Assembly: GCA_963763185.1 (NCBI GenBank) | Contig: CAVXNZ010000004.1 | Coordinates: 10,791 to 74,790, forward strand | Reading direction: 5' to 3' | DNA: 64,000 bases | Source: an uncultured Chloroflexia bacterium | Lineage (GTDB): Bacteria; Chloroflexota; Chloroflexia; Thermomicrobiales; Thermomicrobiaceae | In this document: positions 27,148 through 35,687 of the stretch, piece by piece | How the letters are laid out: each line of letters opens with the position of its first letter | Numbering within the stretch: position 1 is the first letter of the stretch | Position numbers and translations under genes: made by a program | The notes under the pieces: model-generated | Told to the model about the DNA's origin: nothing | Databases searched by the model: none | What the model saw: the letters and a program-made list of their open reading frames with translations, nothing else

Positions 27148-28521
27148 TCAGTAGAGTGACGTCTCCGGGTCGAAGCGCTCGAGCCAGCGTTTGACCTCGC
27201 TCAAGAAGCTGGCGGCCTTCAGCCCATCGAGTGCCCGGTGATCGACCGACATCGACAGATTCATCATCGAGCGGATCGCGATAGTGTCGTCGATGACCAC
27301 CGGCCGTTTGATGATCGCCTCGGTGCTCAGGATGGCCGACTGCGGCTGAACGATGAGTGGCGTCGAGAGGACTGTGCCGAACGTACCGGGATTGTTGACC
27401 GTGAAGGTGCCGCCCTGGACGTCCTCGACGGTCAGGCGGTTCTCTCGCGCGCGAGTCGTCAGATCATTGGCCGCCCGCGCGATGCCGGCGATGCTCTTCT
27501 CGTCGGCGCCCTTGATAACCGGCACAATCAGCCCATCTTCGAGGCCGACCGCAATGCCGATGTTGACCGCCTTGCGCTGGATTACGCGCGTCTCGTCCCA
27601 GACAGCGTTGACATTGGGATGCTCCCGTAGCGCGTTGACCACCGCTTTGATCACGAACGGCAGGTAGGTGAGCGAGAATCCCTCTTCAGCGGCGAAGCGA
27701 TCCTTTGCCTGCTGGCGAGCCTGGACCACGCGCGTCATGTCGACTTCCATCCAGACGGTGACGTGTGGCGCGGTGCGCTCGCTACGGACCATGTGCTCGG
27801 CAATCTGACGCTGCTTCGCGGTGAGCGTGACGACCTTGTCGCCAGGGAAGATCTCGACCTGTCCCGCCGTTGCCGGTTGTGGCTCCGGAGCAGCCGGTGG
27901 CGCGGTCTGTGGCTGGCGATCCGGCGTGGCCGGTGCTGGCTGCTGAGACGGCGCGGCCTGTGGCTTGGTCCGACGTTCGTCGATGTATCTCAGGATGTCG
28001 CTCTTGGTCACGCGGCCGCCGTTGCCGTTGCCGTGTATCTCGCCGATATCGATGCCGTGTTCTTCCGCGATACGGCGCACGGCAGGTGACGATCTCGTGC
28101 GCAGCAGCTCCATCGCGCCGTCTTCACCGGTCGGCCGCGCGGAACGCTGTTCGGGTTTGGCGGAGGCCGCCGGAGTTGATGATTCATTCTGCTGGGCCGG
28201 TTCCGGCTGATTTGCCTGGGTGGCGACCTGGGTCGCCAAATCGGTCTCGGCAGGTGATGCCGCGCCGTTGCCTTCGTCGATCACGCACAATTCGGCGCCA
28301 ACTGGCAGGGTCTCGCCTTCGGTCGCGATGATCTCGACGATCGTGCCGGTAACTGGCGAGGGAACCTCGGCGTTGACCTTGTCGGTCGTGATCTCGACCA
28401 GCGGATCGTAGCGTTCCACTTGATCGCCAACCTGTTTCAGCCAGACACCGATCGTTCCCTCGGTGACACTCTCACCGAGCTTGGGCAATTGGACATGGGT
28501 TCCAGTCTTCGCGGTGGACAT
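27148..28521 (-). CDS. 2-oxoacid dehydrogenase E2 (dihydrolipoamide acyltransferase)
   Basis: Lipoyl domain (ITTDKVNAEV), an Ala/Pro linker, a peripheral subunit-binding domain (SPAVRRIAEEHGID) and the catalytic DHRALDG. Confidence 0.94.
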   Translation of the reverse strand: MSTAKTGTHVQLPKLGESVTEGTIGVWLKQVGDQVERYDPLVEITTDKVNAEVPSPVTGTIVEIIATEGETLPVGAELCVIDEGNGAASPAETDLATQVATQANQPEPAQQNESSTPAASAKPEQRSARPTGEDGAMELLRTRSSPAVRRIAEEHGIDIGEIHGNGNGGRVTKSDILRYIDERRTKPQAAPSQQPAPATPDRQPQTAPPAAPEPQPATAGQVEIFPGDKVVTLTAKQRQIAEHMVRSERTAPHVTVWMEVDMTRVVQARQQAKDRFAAEEGFSLTYLPFVIKAVVNALREHPNVNAVWDETRVIQRKAVNIGIAVGLEDGLIVPVIKGADEKSIAGIARAANDLTTRARENRLTVEDVQGGTFTVNNPGTFGTVLSTPLIVQPQSAILSTEAIIKRPVVIDDTIAIRSMMNLSMSVDHRALDGLKAASFLSEVKRWLERFDPETSLY

Positions 28522-28584
28522 AGGGCCAGGCCTCCTTCCGGTCGAGGCGGTTCACACTCTCTGGTGCCGGGATCGTGATGCCGG

Positions 28585-29571
28585 CTAGAATGCCGCGAGC
28601 TTGTCGAGCGCGGCGCCGATCTTCTCGGCGTTGGGGAGGAACGCCGACTCGAGCGGCTTGCTGTACGGCATCGCCGGCACTTCTGGCCCGCCAATGCGCA
28701 TGACTGGCCCGTCGAGCCAGGGGAACGCTTCCTCGGCGATGATCGCGGCTACTTCGGCGCCAAAGCCACCGAAGCGGTTTGCCTCGTGGACGATCAAGAC
28801 CTTGCCGGTCTTCATCACTGACTGCAGGATCATGTCGGTGTCAAGGGGCCGGAGCGAGCGCAGGTCGATCACCTCGATGCTCGTGCCGCCTTTTTCCTCC
28901 ATGGCCTTGGCCGCTGTCAGCGACTCCTCCAGCATCATGCCGTAGCTGATGATCGTGACGTCGGAGCCCTCCGTGACGATTTTCGCCTTGCCGATCGGGA
29001 CGACGTGGCCGTTGTCCGGCACCTCATCGCGAATCGCGCGATAACCCTTCTTGTGTTCCAGGAAGAGGACCGGGTCTTCGTCGCGAATCGCGCTGCGCAG
29101 CAGGCCAGCCGCATCGGCTGGATTGATCGGCGCGACGACCTTGAGCCCCGGTTCGCGAGTAAAGATCGACTCGATGCTCTGAGAGTGGTACAGCGCGCCG
29201 TGTACGCCACCGCCATACGGTGTGCGAATCACGATCGGTACGTGGAAATCGCCATACGAGCGATAGCGAATCTTGGCCGCCTCGTTGAGGATCTGGTTCA
29301 TGGCGGGGTGGATGAAGTCGAAGAACTGGATCTCGGCGATTGGGAGCAGCCCGTTCATCGACGCACCAATTGCGGTGCCGATGATCGAGGACTCGGCCAA
29401 CGGCGTGTCGATTACGCGATTTTCGCCGAACTCGTCGATCAGCCCGGCGCTGACGCGGAAGACTCCGCCGCGCTTGCCGACGTCTTCGCCCATGAGAATG
29501 ACGCGCTCATCGCGTCGCATCTCGTCGGCCATCGTGTCGTGGATGGCCTGAATCAAGGTCTTGGTCGCCAT
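28585..29571 (-). CDS. 2-oxoacid dehydrogenase E1 beta subunit
   Basis: 328-aa ORF with the transketolase-like pyrimidine-binding and C-terminal domains. Confidence 0.93.
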   Translation of the reverse strand: MATKTLIQAIHDTMADEMRRDERVILMGEDVGKRGGVFRVSAGLIDEFGENRVIDTPLAESSIIGTAIGASMNGLLPIAEIQFFDFIHPAMNQILNEAAKIRYRSYGDFHVPIVIRTPYGGGVHGALYHSQSIESIFTREPGLKVVAPINPADAAGLLRSAIRDEDPVLFLEHKKGYRAIRDEVPDNGHVVPIGKAKIVTEGSDVTIISYGMMLEESLTAAKAMEEKGGTSIEVIDLRSLRPLDTDMILQSVMKTGKVLIVHEANRFGGFGAEVAAIIAEEAFPWLDGPVMRIGGPEVPAMPYSKPLESAFLPNAEKIGAALDKLAAF

Positions 29572-29583
29572 CTCCGACTCCTC

Positions 29584-30606
29584 CTAGCTGCCGTAAACGT
29601 GGAGCAAAAGCTCAGCAACATCGGGATAGGGGGCTTTCTCGGCGAAGTCGGTCGCGTCGTTGACCGCTTCCTTGACCCGCGCGTCGATCTCGTTCGCTTG
29701 ATCTTCCGACATCACGTCCTCGTCGACGAGCCGCGCGCGGAAGCGCTTGTTAGGGTCGTGCGCGCGTTCTTCCTTCATCTCTTCGGCTGGACGGTAGGTC
29801 TTATCGTCGTCGTCACTAGAGTGAGCCGTGTAGCGGTAGACGAGGGCCTCGACGAGGGTCGGGCCGTCGCCGCGCCGGGCGCGCTCGACCGCCTCTTTCA
29901 TCACGCCATAGACGGCTACCGGGTCGGTGCCGTCCACCGTCACGCCGGGCATGCCGTAACCCGCGGCACGCTCGGAGACGTGCTTGATCGCCATCTGCTT
30001 CTTCTGTGGTACCGAGATGGCCCAGCCATTGTTCTCGATCAGGAAGATGACTGGCAGCTTGTGAATCGCCGCAAAGTTCAGCGCTTCGTGGAAATCACCC
30101 TGGCTGCTGCCACCCTCGCCGGTCGCGGTGAGTGAGACAGCGTCCTCGCCTTTGATCTTCGAGGCGAGTGCCACGCCAACCGCATGCTGCAGGTGATTGG
30201 CGACCGGACTCGATCCGGTGATGATGTGATGTTCACGCGAGCTGTAGTGGGCGGGCATCTGCCGCCCCTCGCTGGTCGGATCACCATGCTTCCCGAGGAG
30301 GCTGAGCATCATGTCTCGCGGCGTCAGTCCGAAATGCAGGGCAAGCGCGAGGTCGCGATAGTAGGGAAGGAGGAAGTCCTTCTTCGGATCGAGTGCGAAC
30401 CCTGCGCCCGCCTGGGCGGCCTCGTGTCCCTGACAGGAGATGACAAATGCCGCCTGACCGGCGCGATTCAACAGCCACATGCGTTCGTCGAGCGCTCTGG
30501 CAGTGGCCATCAACTCGTACATCTGTCGCAGCTGCTCGGCCGGAAGCTGATCGAGGCTTTTCTCGCGCTGTTGTACTCCCACCGGCCCGGACGTCGAACT
30601 CGTCAT
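29584..30606 (-). CDS. 2-oxoacid dehydrogenase E1 alpha subunit (ThDP-dependent)
   Basis: 340-aa ORF with the ThDP motif GEGGSSQGDFHEALNFAA...NNGWAIS. Confidence 0.93.
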   Translation of the reverse strand: MTSSTSGPVGVQQREKSLDQLPAEQLRQMYELMATARALDERMWLLNRAGQAAFVISCQGHEAAQAGAGFALDPKKDFLLPYYRDLALALHFGLTPRDMMLSLLGKHGDPTSEGRQMPAHYSSREHHIITGSSPVANHLQHAVGVALASKIKGEDAVSLTATGEGGSSQGDFHEALNFAAIHKLPVIFLIENNGWAISVPQKKQMAIKHVSERAAGYGMPGVTVDGTDPVAVYGVMKEAVERARRGDGPTLVEALVYRYTAHSSDDDDKTYRPAEEMKEERAHDPNKRFRARLVDEDVMSEDQANEIDARVKEAVNDATDFAEKAPYPDVAELLLHVYGS

Positions 30607-30651
30607 GGTGCAGCCTCCTGAACGTTGATGGGGCCCGCAGGCCCCACCCCT

Positions 30652-32046
30652 TTAGATGTGTATCTGGTGTCCGTCGACCGCAAGAGCGGCCTCTGCGATG
30701 ACTTCGGAAATCGTCGGGTGAGGATGGACGCTCTCGCCGATTTCCCACGGAGTCGCCTCGAAGAGCTTGGCCATGGCGCCTTCGGCGATGAGCTCGGTAG
30801 CGTTGCCGCCGATCATGTGAATGCCGAGGAGATCGTCGGTGTCCTTGTCGGCGATGACCTTGCAGAATCCGTCGTCGGCACCTTCGATGAGGGCCTTGCC
30901 GTTGGCTCGGAGGGGGAACTTGCCGACCTTGATCTCGTGGCCAAGTTCGCGCGCCTCTTTTTCGGTGAGCCCAATGCTGCCGATCTCCGGATGGCAGAAG
31001 GTGACGTTGGGAATGCGGAGATAATCGATCGGCAGCGGCTTGCCGCCCGAGAGCATCTCCATGATGAACATGCCCTGGTGCATCGCGGTGTGGGCCAGCA
31101 TCTGCTTGCCGATGACGTCACCGATGGCGAAGACGCCATCAACACCGGTGCGGAATTGATCATCGGTGACGATATAGCTTCGCTCGGTCTTGATGCCGAG
31201 TTCCTCGAAACCCATGTCCTCGATGTTTCCCTGTCGGCCGGTGGCGACCATCAGCGCGTCGGCCTCGACGACCTCTTCCTTGCCGTTCTGCTTGATGCGC
31301 AGGCTGACTCCGCCCTCAGTAATGTCGAAGTCGTCGGCAGTGGGGCGATAGCCGGGCACGATCTTGATACCGGCTTTGGTGAAGGAACGAGTGAGCTGCT
31401 TCGAGACTTCCTCGTCCTCGTTCGGGACCACGTTGCCGACCAGTGTCACCTCGGCTCCGAAGTCGTTCCAGACAGTCGAGAACTCCACGCCCGTCGCACC
31501 GGCGCCACGAACGATCACGCGCTTCGGCACCCAGTCCATCCACGTGGTGTGGTCGCTATTGATCACGCGTTTGCCATCGAACGGAATGCCGGGGATCGGC
31601 CGTGGGCGCGATCCGGTGTCAATGATGACGGATTTCCCGGTGACATCCTTGCGCGACCCGTCGGGGGCCGTAACGGTGACGGTGCGATTGTTCTTCAGGT
31701 AGCCGACACCTTCGTAGGTCGTGATGCCATGCTTGCGGAAGAGGAATTTGACGCCGTTGTAGTTCTTCTCGACGATCTCGCCCGAGCGCTTGACGGCCTG
31801 TGGATAGTTGGCCTCAACGCCACTGACGTTGACGCCGTATTCGGCGGCCACCTGCATCATGTGCATAACGGAGCCGCTCTTCAGCAGGGCTTTCGTCGGG
31901 ATGCATCCACGATGGAGGCATGTACCTCCGACCTTATCTTTCTCAATAACCGCAATCTTGAGCCCGAGCTGGGCTCCGCGAATCGCGGCAACGTAACCAC
32001 CTGTCCCGCCACCTAGCAGGACAACATCGTAGGCATCCTCTGGCAT
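30652..32046 (-). CDS. lpdA: dihydrolipoyl dehydrogenase (E3)
   Basis: 464-aa ORF with GGGTGGY, the redox disulfide GGTCLHRGCIPTK and the C-terminal HPHPT. The gene order lpd-E1a-E1b-E2 matches the Bacillus bkd arrangement. Confidence 0.95.
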   Translation of the reverse strand: MPEDAYDVVLLGGGTGGYVAAIRGAQLGLKIAVIEKDKVGGTCLHRGCIPTKALLKSGSVMHMMQVAAEYGVNVSGVEANYPQAVKRSGEIVEKNYNGVKFLFRKHGITTYEGVGYLKNNRTVTVTAPDGSRKDVTGKSVIIDTGSRPRPIPGIPFDGKRVINSDHTTWMDWVPKRVIVRGAGATGVEFSTVWNDFGAEVTLVGNVVPNEDEEVSKQLTRSFTKAGIKIVPGYRPTADDFDITEGGVSLRIKQNGKEEVVEADALMVATGRQGNIEDMGFEELGIKTERSYIVTDDQFRTGVDGVFAIGDVIGKQMLAHTAMHQGMFIMEMLSGGKPLPIDYLRIPNVTFCHPEIGSIGLTEKEARELGHEIKVGKFPLRANGKALIEGADDGFCKVIADKDTDDLLGIHMIGGNATELIAEGAMAKLFEATPWEIGESVHPHPTISEVIAEAALAVDGHQIHI

Positions 32047-32676
32047 GCCTGCTCCCCTCTACATCATCGTAGGTCCGCGCTCACCTGGCGGTCATGGGGC
32101 AAGGGCAGCCCGCTTCGTTCACATAACCTGCGCCGGATCAACTGATCGCGGCGTCCGTTCGTACAACATGCGAGCGAATGTCCCGCCGGTGACGGCTGCA
32201 CCTTCTGTGCCAAGATACACGCACCGAATTACGGGCGTCTCTATCGCCTAGTATAACAGTGGTCGCGCGGTGGCAGGTCCCAATATCGTAACGACTTTAC
32301 GCATTTCTCAGCAGCCAGCCGGTCACCTTCGCCCGCGAAATGGCGAATAGCATGGGAGTTTTGGCGTCGTTCACTCAAACGAACAGCGAATGTCGGGACC
32401 AAGGTTAACGAAATGCGGAAAAAAGAGATCCATCGGCTCCGGAAACGGTTTTGAGGGGCGTGGGCATGTCTTCGCCTGTACGAACGAACGTGGCACGCTG
32501 GCGACTTCGGCGCTCTATGCGGCCATGAGTCACGTTTCTATGAGCCTGTTCCATGAACCTGTTCGCTTGATCCCGTAGCGGACGAGACCCATCATCGGCT
32601 GCGTGTCTGAGTGTCATATCCAGGTCGATTTCCAGCGAATGCCCGGGCCGATTAGGAGAGCGGAAATTCATTCGGG

Positions 32677-33132
32677 ATGATGGCCAAATTCCTCATCCAG
32701 ACGCAGAAAATCTTCACCGAATTCGAGGCCAAAATCGTGCCGAGGAGTCACGGAATTTGGCATAATTACAGGATAGAAGATGGCCCCGGACCTGGAATGG
32801 AAGCAGGCACAATGTCGTTCGTATTTGAGCAGGTGGTCCCGATCGCGACGTGGATTCGCATGTCAGAAAAGGCCGAGCGAGAGGGACTGAAAGCGTTCCG
32901 AATCAACGATGATCGTCGATCCTGGGTCGTGACGAGTTACAGTCATGACGGCGTCGCGTACGAAGTGACGATTCTCGATGGTGATCTGCTCTGCTCATGT
33001 CGCGGTAGCAGCTTTCACCCGTATTGCAAGCACCGCGCACTCGTCCTGCAGGAGCTCGGCGTGCTCGACGACGAGGATGCCGACGGACCGCTCGTTCCTG
33101 ACCACGTCAAAACCGCTCTGTCCGCGGCCTGA
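32677..33132 (+). CDS. SWIM zinc-finger protein (small, stand-alone)
   Basis: CxC-x(n)-CxH pattern: LLCSCRGSSFHPYCKHRAL. The start is uncertain; internal Met codons give MEAGT.. or MSFVFEQ.. Confidence 0.65.
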   Translation: MMAKFLIQTQKIFTEFEAKIVPRSHGIWHNYRIEDGPGPGMEAGTMSFVFEQVVPIATWIRMSEKAEREGLKAFRINDDRRSWVVTSYSHDGVAYEVTILDGDLLCSCRGSSFHPYCKHRALVLQELGVLDDEDADGPLVPDHVKTALSAA

Positions 33133-33255
33133 GCTGATCGCCGAAACCCGGACACAGGCGGTTCGTCATAGTCAACGTGACGATGTAGCCTGGTCTCGTC
33201 GACGTCGCGCCTGCCGTATCGATGCTCGTCCTGACACACTCTGGGGATATTGCTC

Positions 33256-34086
33256 ATGGACTCTCGGTTCAACTCAACCGTCCCCGATCGGACCCTCCCG
33301 TTTGGCTGGTGGGGGCACCGGTCGAGTCCGGAGCGACCCTTCACCATCATCGATCTCCTGCGCGGGGGCAATCTCGACGCGCGCACCGCCGCGTTCCTCT
33401 GGATGGCAATCGAGCGGCGCGCGTCCTTCGTTGTGGCGAGCACGCTCGAGGATGCCGGCAAGACGACGCTACTGACAGCTCTGCTCGATTTTCTGCCGCC
33501 AAACATCCAGACGCTCTACCTTCGTGGCTGGTACGAACGATTCGATTTTCGCAAGACCCACGACCCCGCTTCGACCTACCTCCTCTGCAACGAGATCAGC
33601 GACAATCTCCCGACCTACATGTGGGGGCAGGGTGTCCGGCGCCTGTTCGAGGTCGCGGGAGAAGGCTTTCCCTTCGCGACGACGCTCCACGCCAGGAGCG
33701 CACACGAGATGATTGGCCTGCTCACGTCGTTCCCACTCGAAGTGCCACAAAACCTGGTCGATCAGATTGACCTGGTGTTGGCGCTCGACGGCGGCAGCCG
33801 GTCGTCGAACTTCATACGACGTCTGATGCGTGTCGAGTTGATCAACTCTGATGTTGAGGGTGTTCGTGCGGAGACGATCGTCGAGCGAGACGTACTGCAA
33901 GGTCCGCTCGTCTCGCGCCCGGGCAGGCTCATTGGAGTCCTGTCGGATCGCTTCGGGATCGACCGCAACGACGCGACGAGCGAGCTGGCGCGCCGGGAAC
34001 AATTCCTCGAACGGCTCCAGCGCGATGGCCTGCCCAAAGATGGCTCGCTGGCTCAAGCGATTCGCCAGTTTCGGGGCCGGTCCTGA
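33256..34086 (+). CDS. CpaF/VirB11/PilT-family secretion-ATPase-like protein with degenerate nucleotide-binding motifs
   Basis: ASTLEDAGKTTLLTAL sits where GxxGSGKTT is expected. LLCNEIS replaces the vGEiR Asp box. The His box TTLHARSAHE is retained. ATG at 33256 (the track starts at the TTG at 33250). Confidence 0.65.
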   Translation: MDSRFNSTVPDRTLPFGWWGHRSSPERPFTIIDLLRGGNLDARTAAFLWMAIERRASFVVASTLEDAGKTTLLTALLDFLPPNIQTLYLRGWYERFDFRKTHDPASTYLLCNEISDNLPTYMWGQGVRRLFEVAGEGFPFATTLHARSAHEMIGLLTSFPLEVPQNLVDQIDLVLALDGGSRSSNFIRRLMRVELINSDVEGVRAETIVERDVLQGPLVSRPGRLIGVLSDRFGIDRNDATSELARREQFLERLQRDGLPKDGSLAQAIRQFRGRS

Positions 34087-34158
34087 CCGCTTCCTTCCTA
34101 TAGGTCTGACCCCATGTCACGGGGAGCCTGGCGTACTCGTCACGCCGGCCCTTGCCAA

Positions 34159-34186
34159 TTGACATATGCTTGCCCGGTAGTACGAT
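34159..34186 (+). promoter_or_regulatory. sigma70-like promoter upstream of the AAA+/vWA operon
   Basis: TTGACA (34159-34164), 16-nt spacer, TACGAT (34181-34186). RBS AAGGAG lies about 10 nt before the ATG at 34283. Confidence 0.45.
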
Positions 34187-34282
34187 TAGGATCATCGTCG
34201 GTCGAGAATTTGCGTCTGCACGTTCCCACTGGACACATGACCCCACGGGACTCCCATCGGCGTATTAAGGAGCAGGTTTCAT

Positions 34283-35683
34283 ATGAGTAAGCCGCGTACG
34301 CTCGGCGAACTCCGCGAGAGCGGTTACCAGGTTTTGTCGGTGCGCGAAGAGATGCGCAAGAATTTGATCGAGAAGCTGAGATCCGGCGACTCTATTTTCC
34401 CCAATGTTCTTGGTTACGAAGAGACTGTGATTCCTCAACTCGAAAACGCCATTCTCTCCGGGCAAGACGTGATCTTTCTTGGCGAGCGTGGGCAGGCGAA
34501 GACACGCATGGCCCGTGGACTGATCAATCTTCTGGACGACGAGGTGCCGGTCGTCGCCGATAGCGAGATTAACGACAATCCGTTCGAGCCCGTGAGCCGT
34601 TTCGCGAAGGAGCGGATCGACGAGGAAGGCGACAGTACGCCGATCGAATGGCTGCCGCGCAACCGGCGCTATGCCGAGAAGCTTGCGACGCCGGATACGA
34701 CCATCGCTGACCTGATCGGCGAGGTCGACCCGATCAAGGTCGCCGAGGGTCGCTACCTCTCGGACGAGCTGACGATTCACTATGGCCTGATTCCCCGGAC
34801 GAACCGCGGCATCTTCGCCATCAACGAGCTACCGGATCTCGCCGAGCGTATTCAGGTCGGCCTGCTCAACATCATGGAAGAACGGGATGTTCAGGTGCGT
34901 GGTTATCGTATTCAGTTGCCGCTCGACGTCTATGTCGTCGCCAGCGCCAACCCTGAGGACTACACCAACCGCGGCCGCATCATCACCCCGTTAAAGGACC
35001 GCTACGGCTCCCAGATTCGCACTCACTATCCGAATACGATCGACCTCGAGGTCGACATCATGGAGCAGGAGCGTACCCACTTCCAGACCGCCGGTGTTGA
35101 CGTGGTTGTTCCCGATTACATGCGGGAGATCATCGCCGAGGTTACGCATCTGGCCCGCCGCAGCCACGACGTCAGCCAGCGTTCCGGCGTCAGTGTCCGT
35201 ATGTCGATCGCGAACTACGAGAACGTGGTGAGCAACGCGGTCAAGCGGGCAATTCGCCTGAACGAGAAGCACGCCGTGCCGCGCATGAGCGATCTCCACG
35301 CCGCTATCGCCTCGACCACCGGCAAGATCGAGCTGGAGGCGATGGGTGATGTGCGTGAGGATCGGGTGGTCGACAAACTGATCCAGGGCGCGATTCTGAC
35401 GACCTTCAATCGCTACTTCTCGTCCCGCGATTTCGACGACTTGATCCTCGGCTTCGAGAACGGGCTGACCGTCGAGACGTCCGACATGATGCCGGCGATG
35501 GAATACGTCCACCAGGTGTCGCACATGGACGGTATGCGTGAAGCGGCAACGACCCTGGGAGCCAGCGGCGATCCCGCCGCCATCGCGGCCACGGTCGAAT
35601 TCGTGCTCGAAGGTCTGCATCTCAATCGACGTTTGAACAAAGACCGTTCGTCCGGCGAGGGCGGCACACTCTATCGGGGGTAA
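34283..35683 (+). CDS. ChlI/BchI-like (Mg-chelatase/MoxR-class) AAA+ ATPase with atypical Walker motifs
   Basis: 466-aa ORF. P-loop FLGERGQAKTRMAR, Walker B GIFAINELPDL, then LLNIMEERDVQVRG and ASANPEDY..GRIITPLKDR. Confidence 0.82.
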   Translation: MSKPRTLGELRESGYQVLSVREEMRKNLIEKLRSGDSIFPNVLGYEETVIPQLENAILSGQDVIFLGERGQAKTRMARGLINLLDDEVPVVADSEINDNPFEPVSRFAKERIDEEGDSTPIEWLPRNRRYAEKLATPDTTIADLIGEVDPIKVAEGRYLSDELTIHYGLIPRTNRGIFAINELPDLAERIQVGLLNIMEERDVQVRGYRIQLPLDVYVVASANPEDYTNRGRIITPLKDRYGSQIRTHYPNTIDLEVDIMEQERTHFQTAGVDVVVPDYMREIIAEVTHLARRSHDVSQRSGVSVRMSIANYENVVSNAVKRAIRLNEKHAVPRMSDLHAAIASTTGKIELEAMGDVREDRVVDKLIQGAILTTFNRYFSSRDFDDLILGFENGLTVETSDMMPAMEYVHQVSHMDGMREAATTLGASGDPAAIAATVEFVLEGLHLNRRLNKDRSSGEGGTLYRG

Positions 35684-35687
35684 CACC

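Noticed and set aside
30625-32016. 463-aa plus-strand ORF. Similar long antisense ORFs are at 29005..30135, 43273..44151, 48290..49216 and 59210..60121.
   Set aside because: Each is antisense to a gene with strong family motifs (lpdA, E1 subunits, lplA, the PLP enzyme, the binding protein). They are shadow ORFs.
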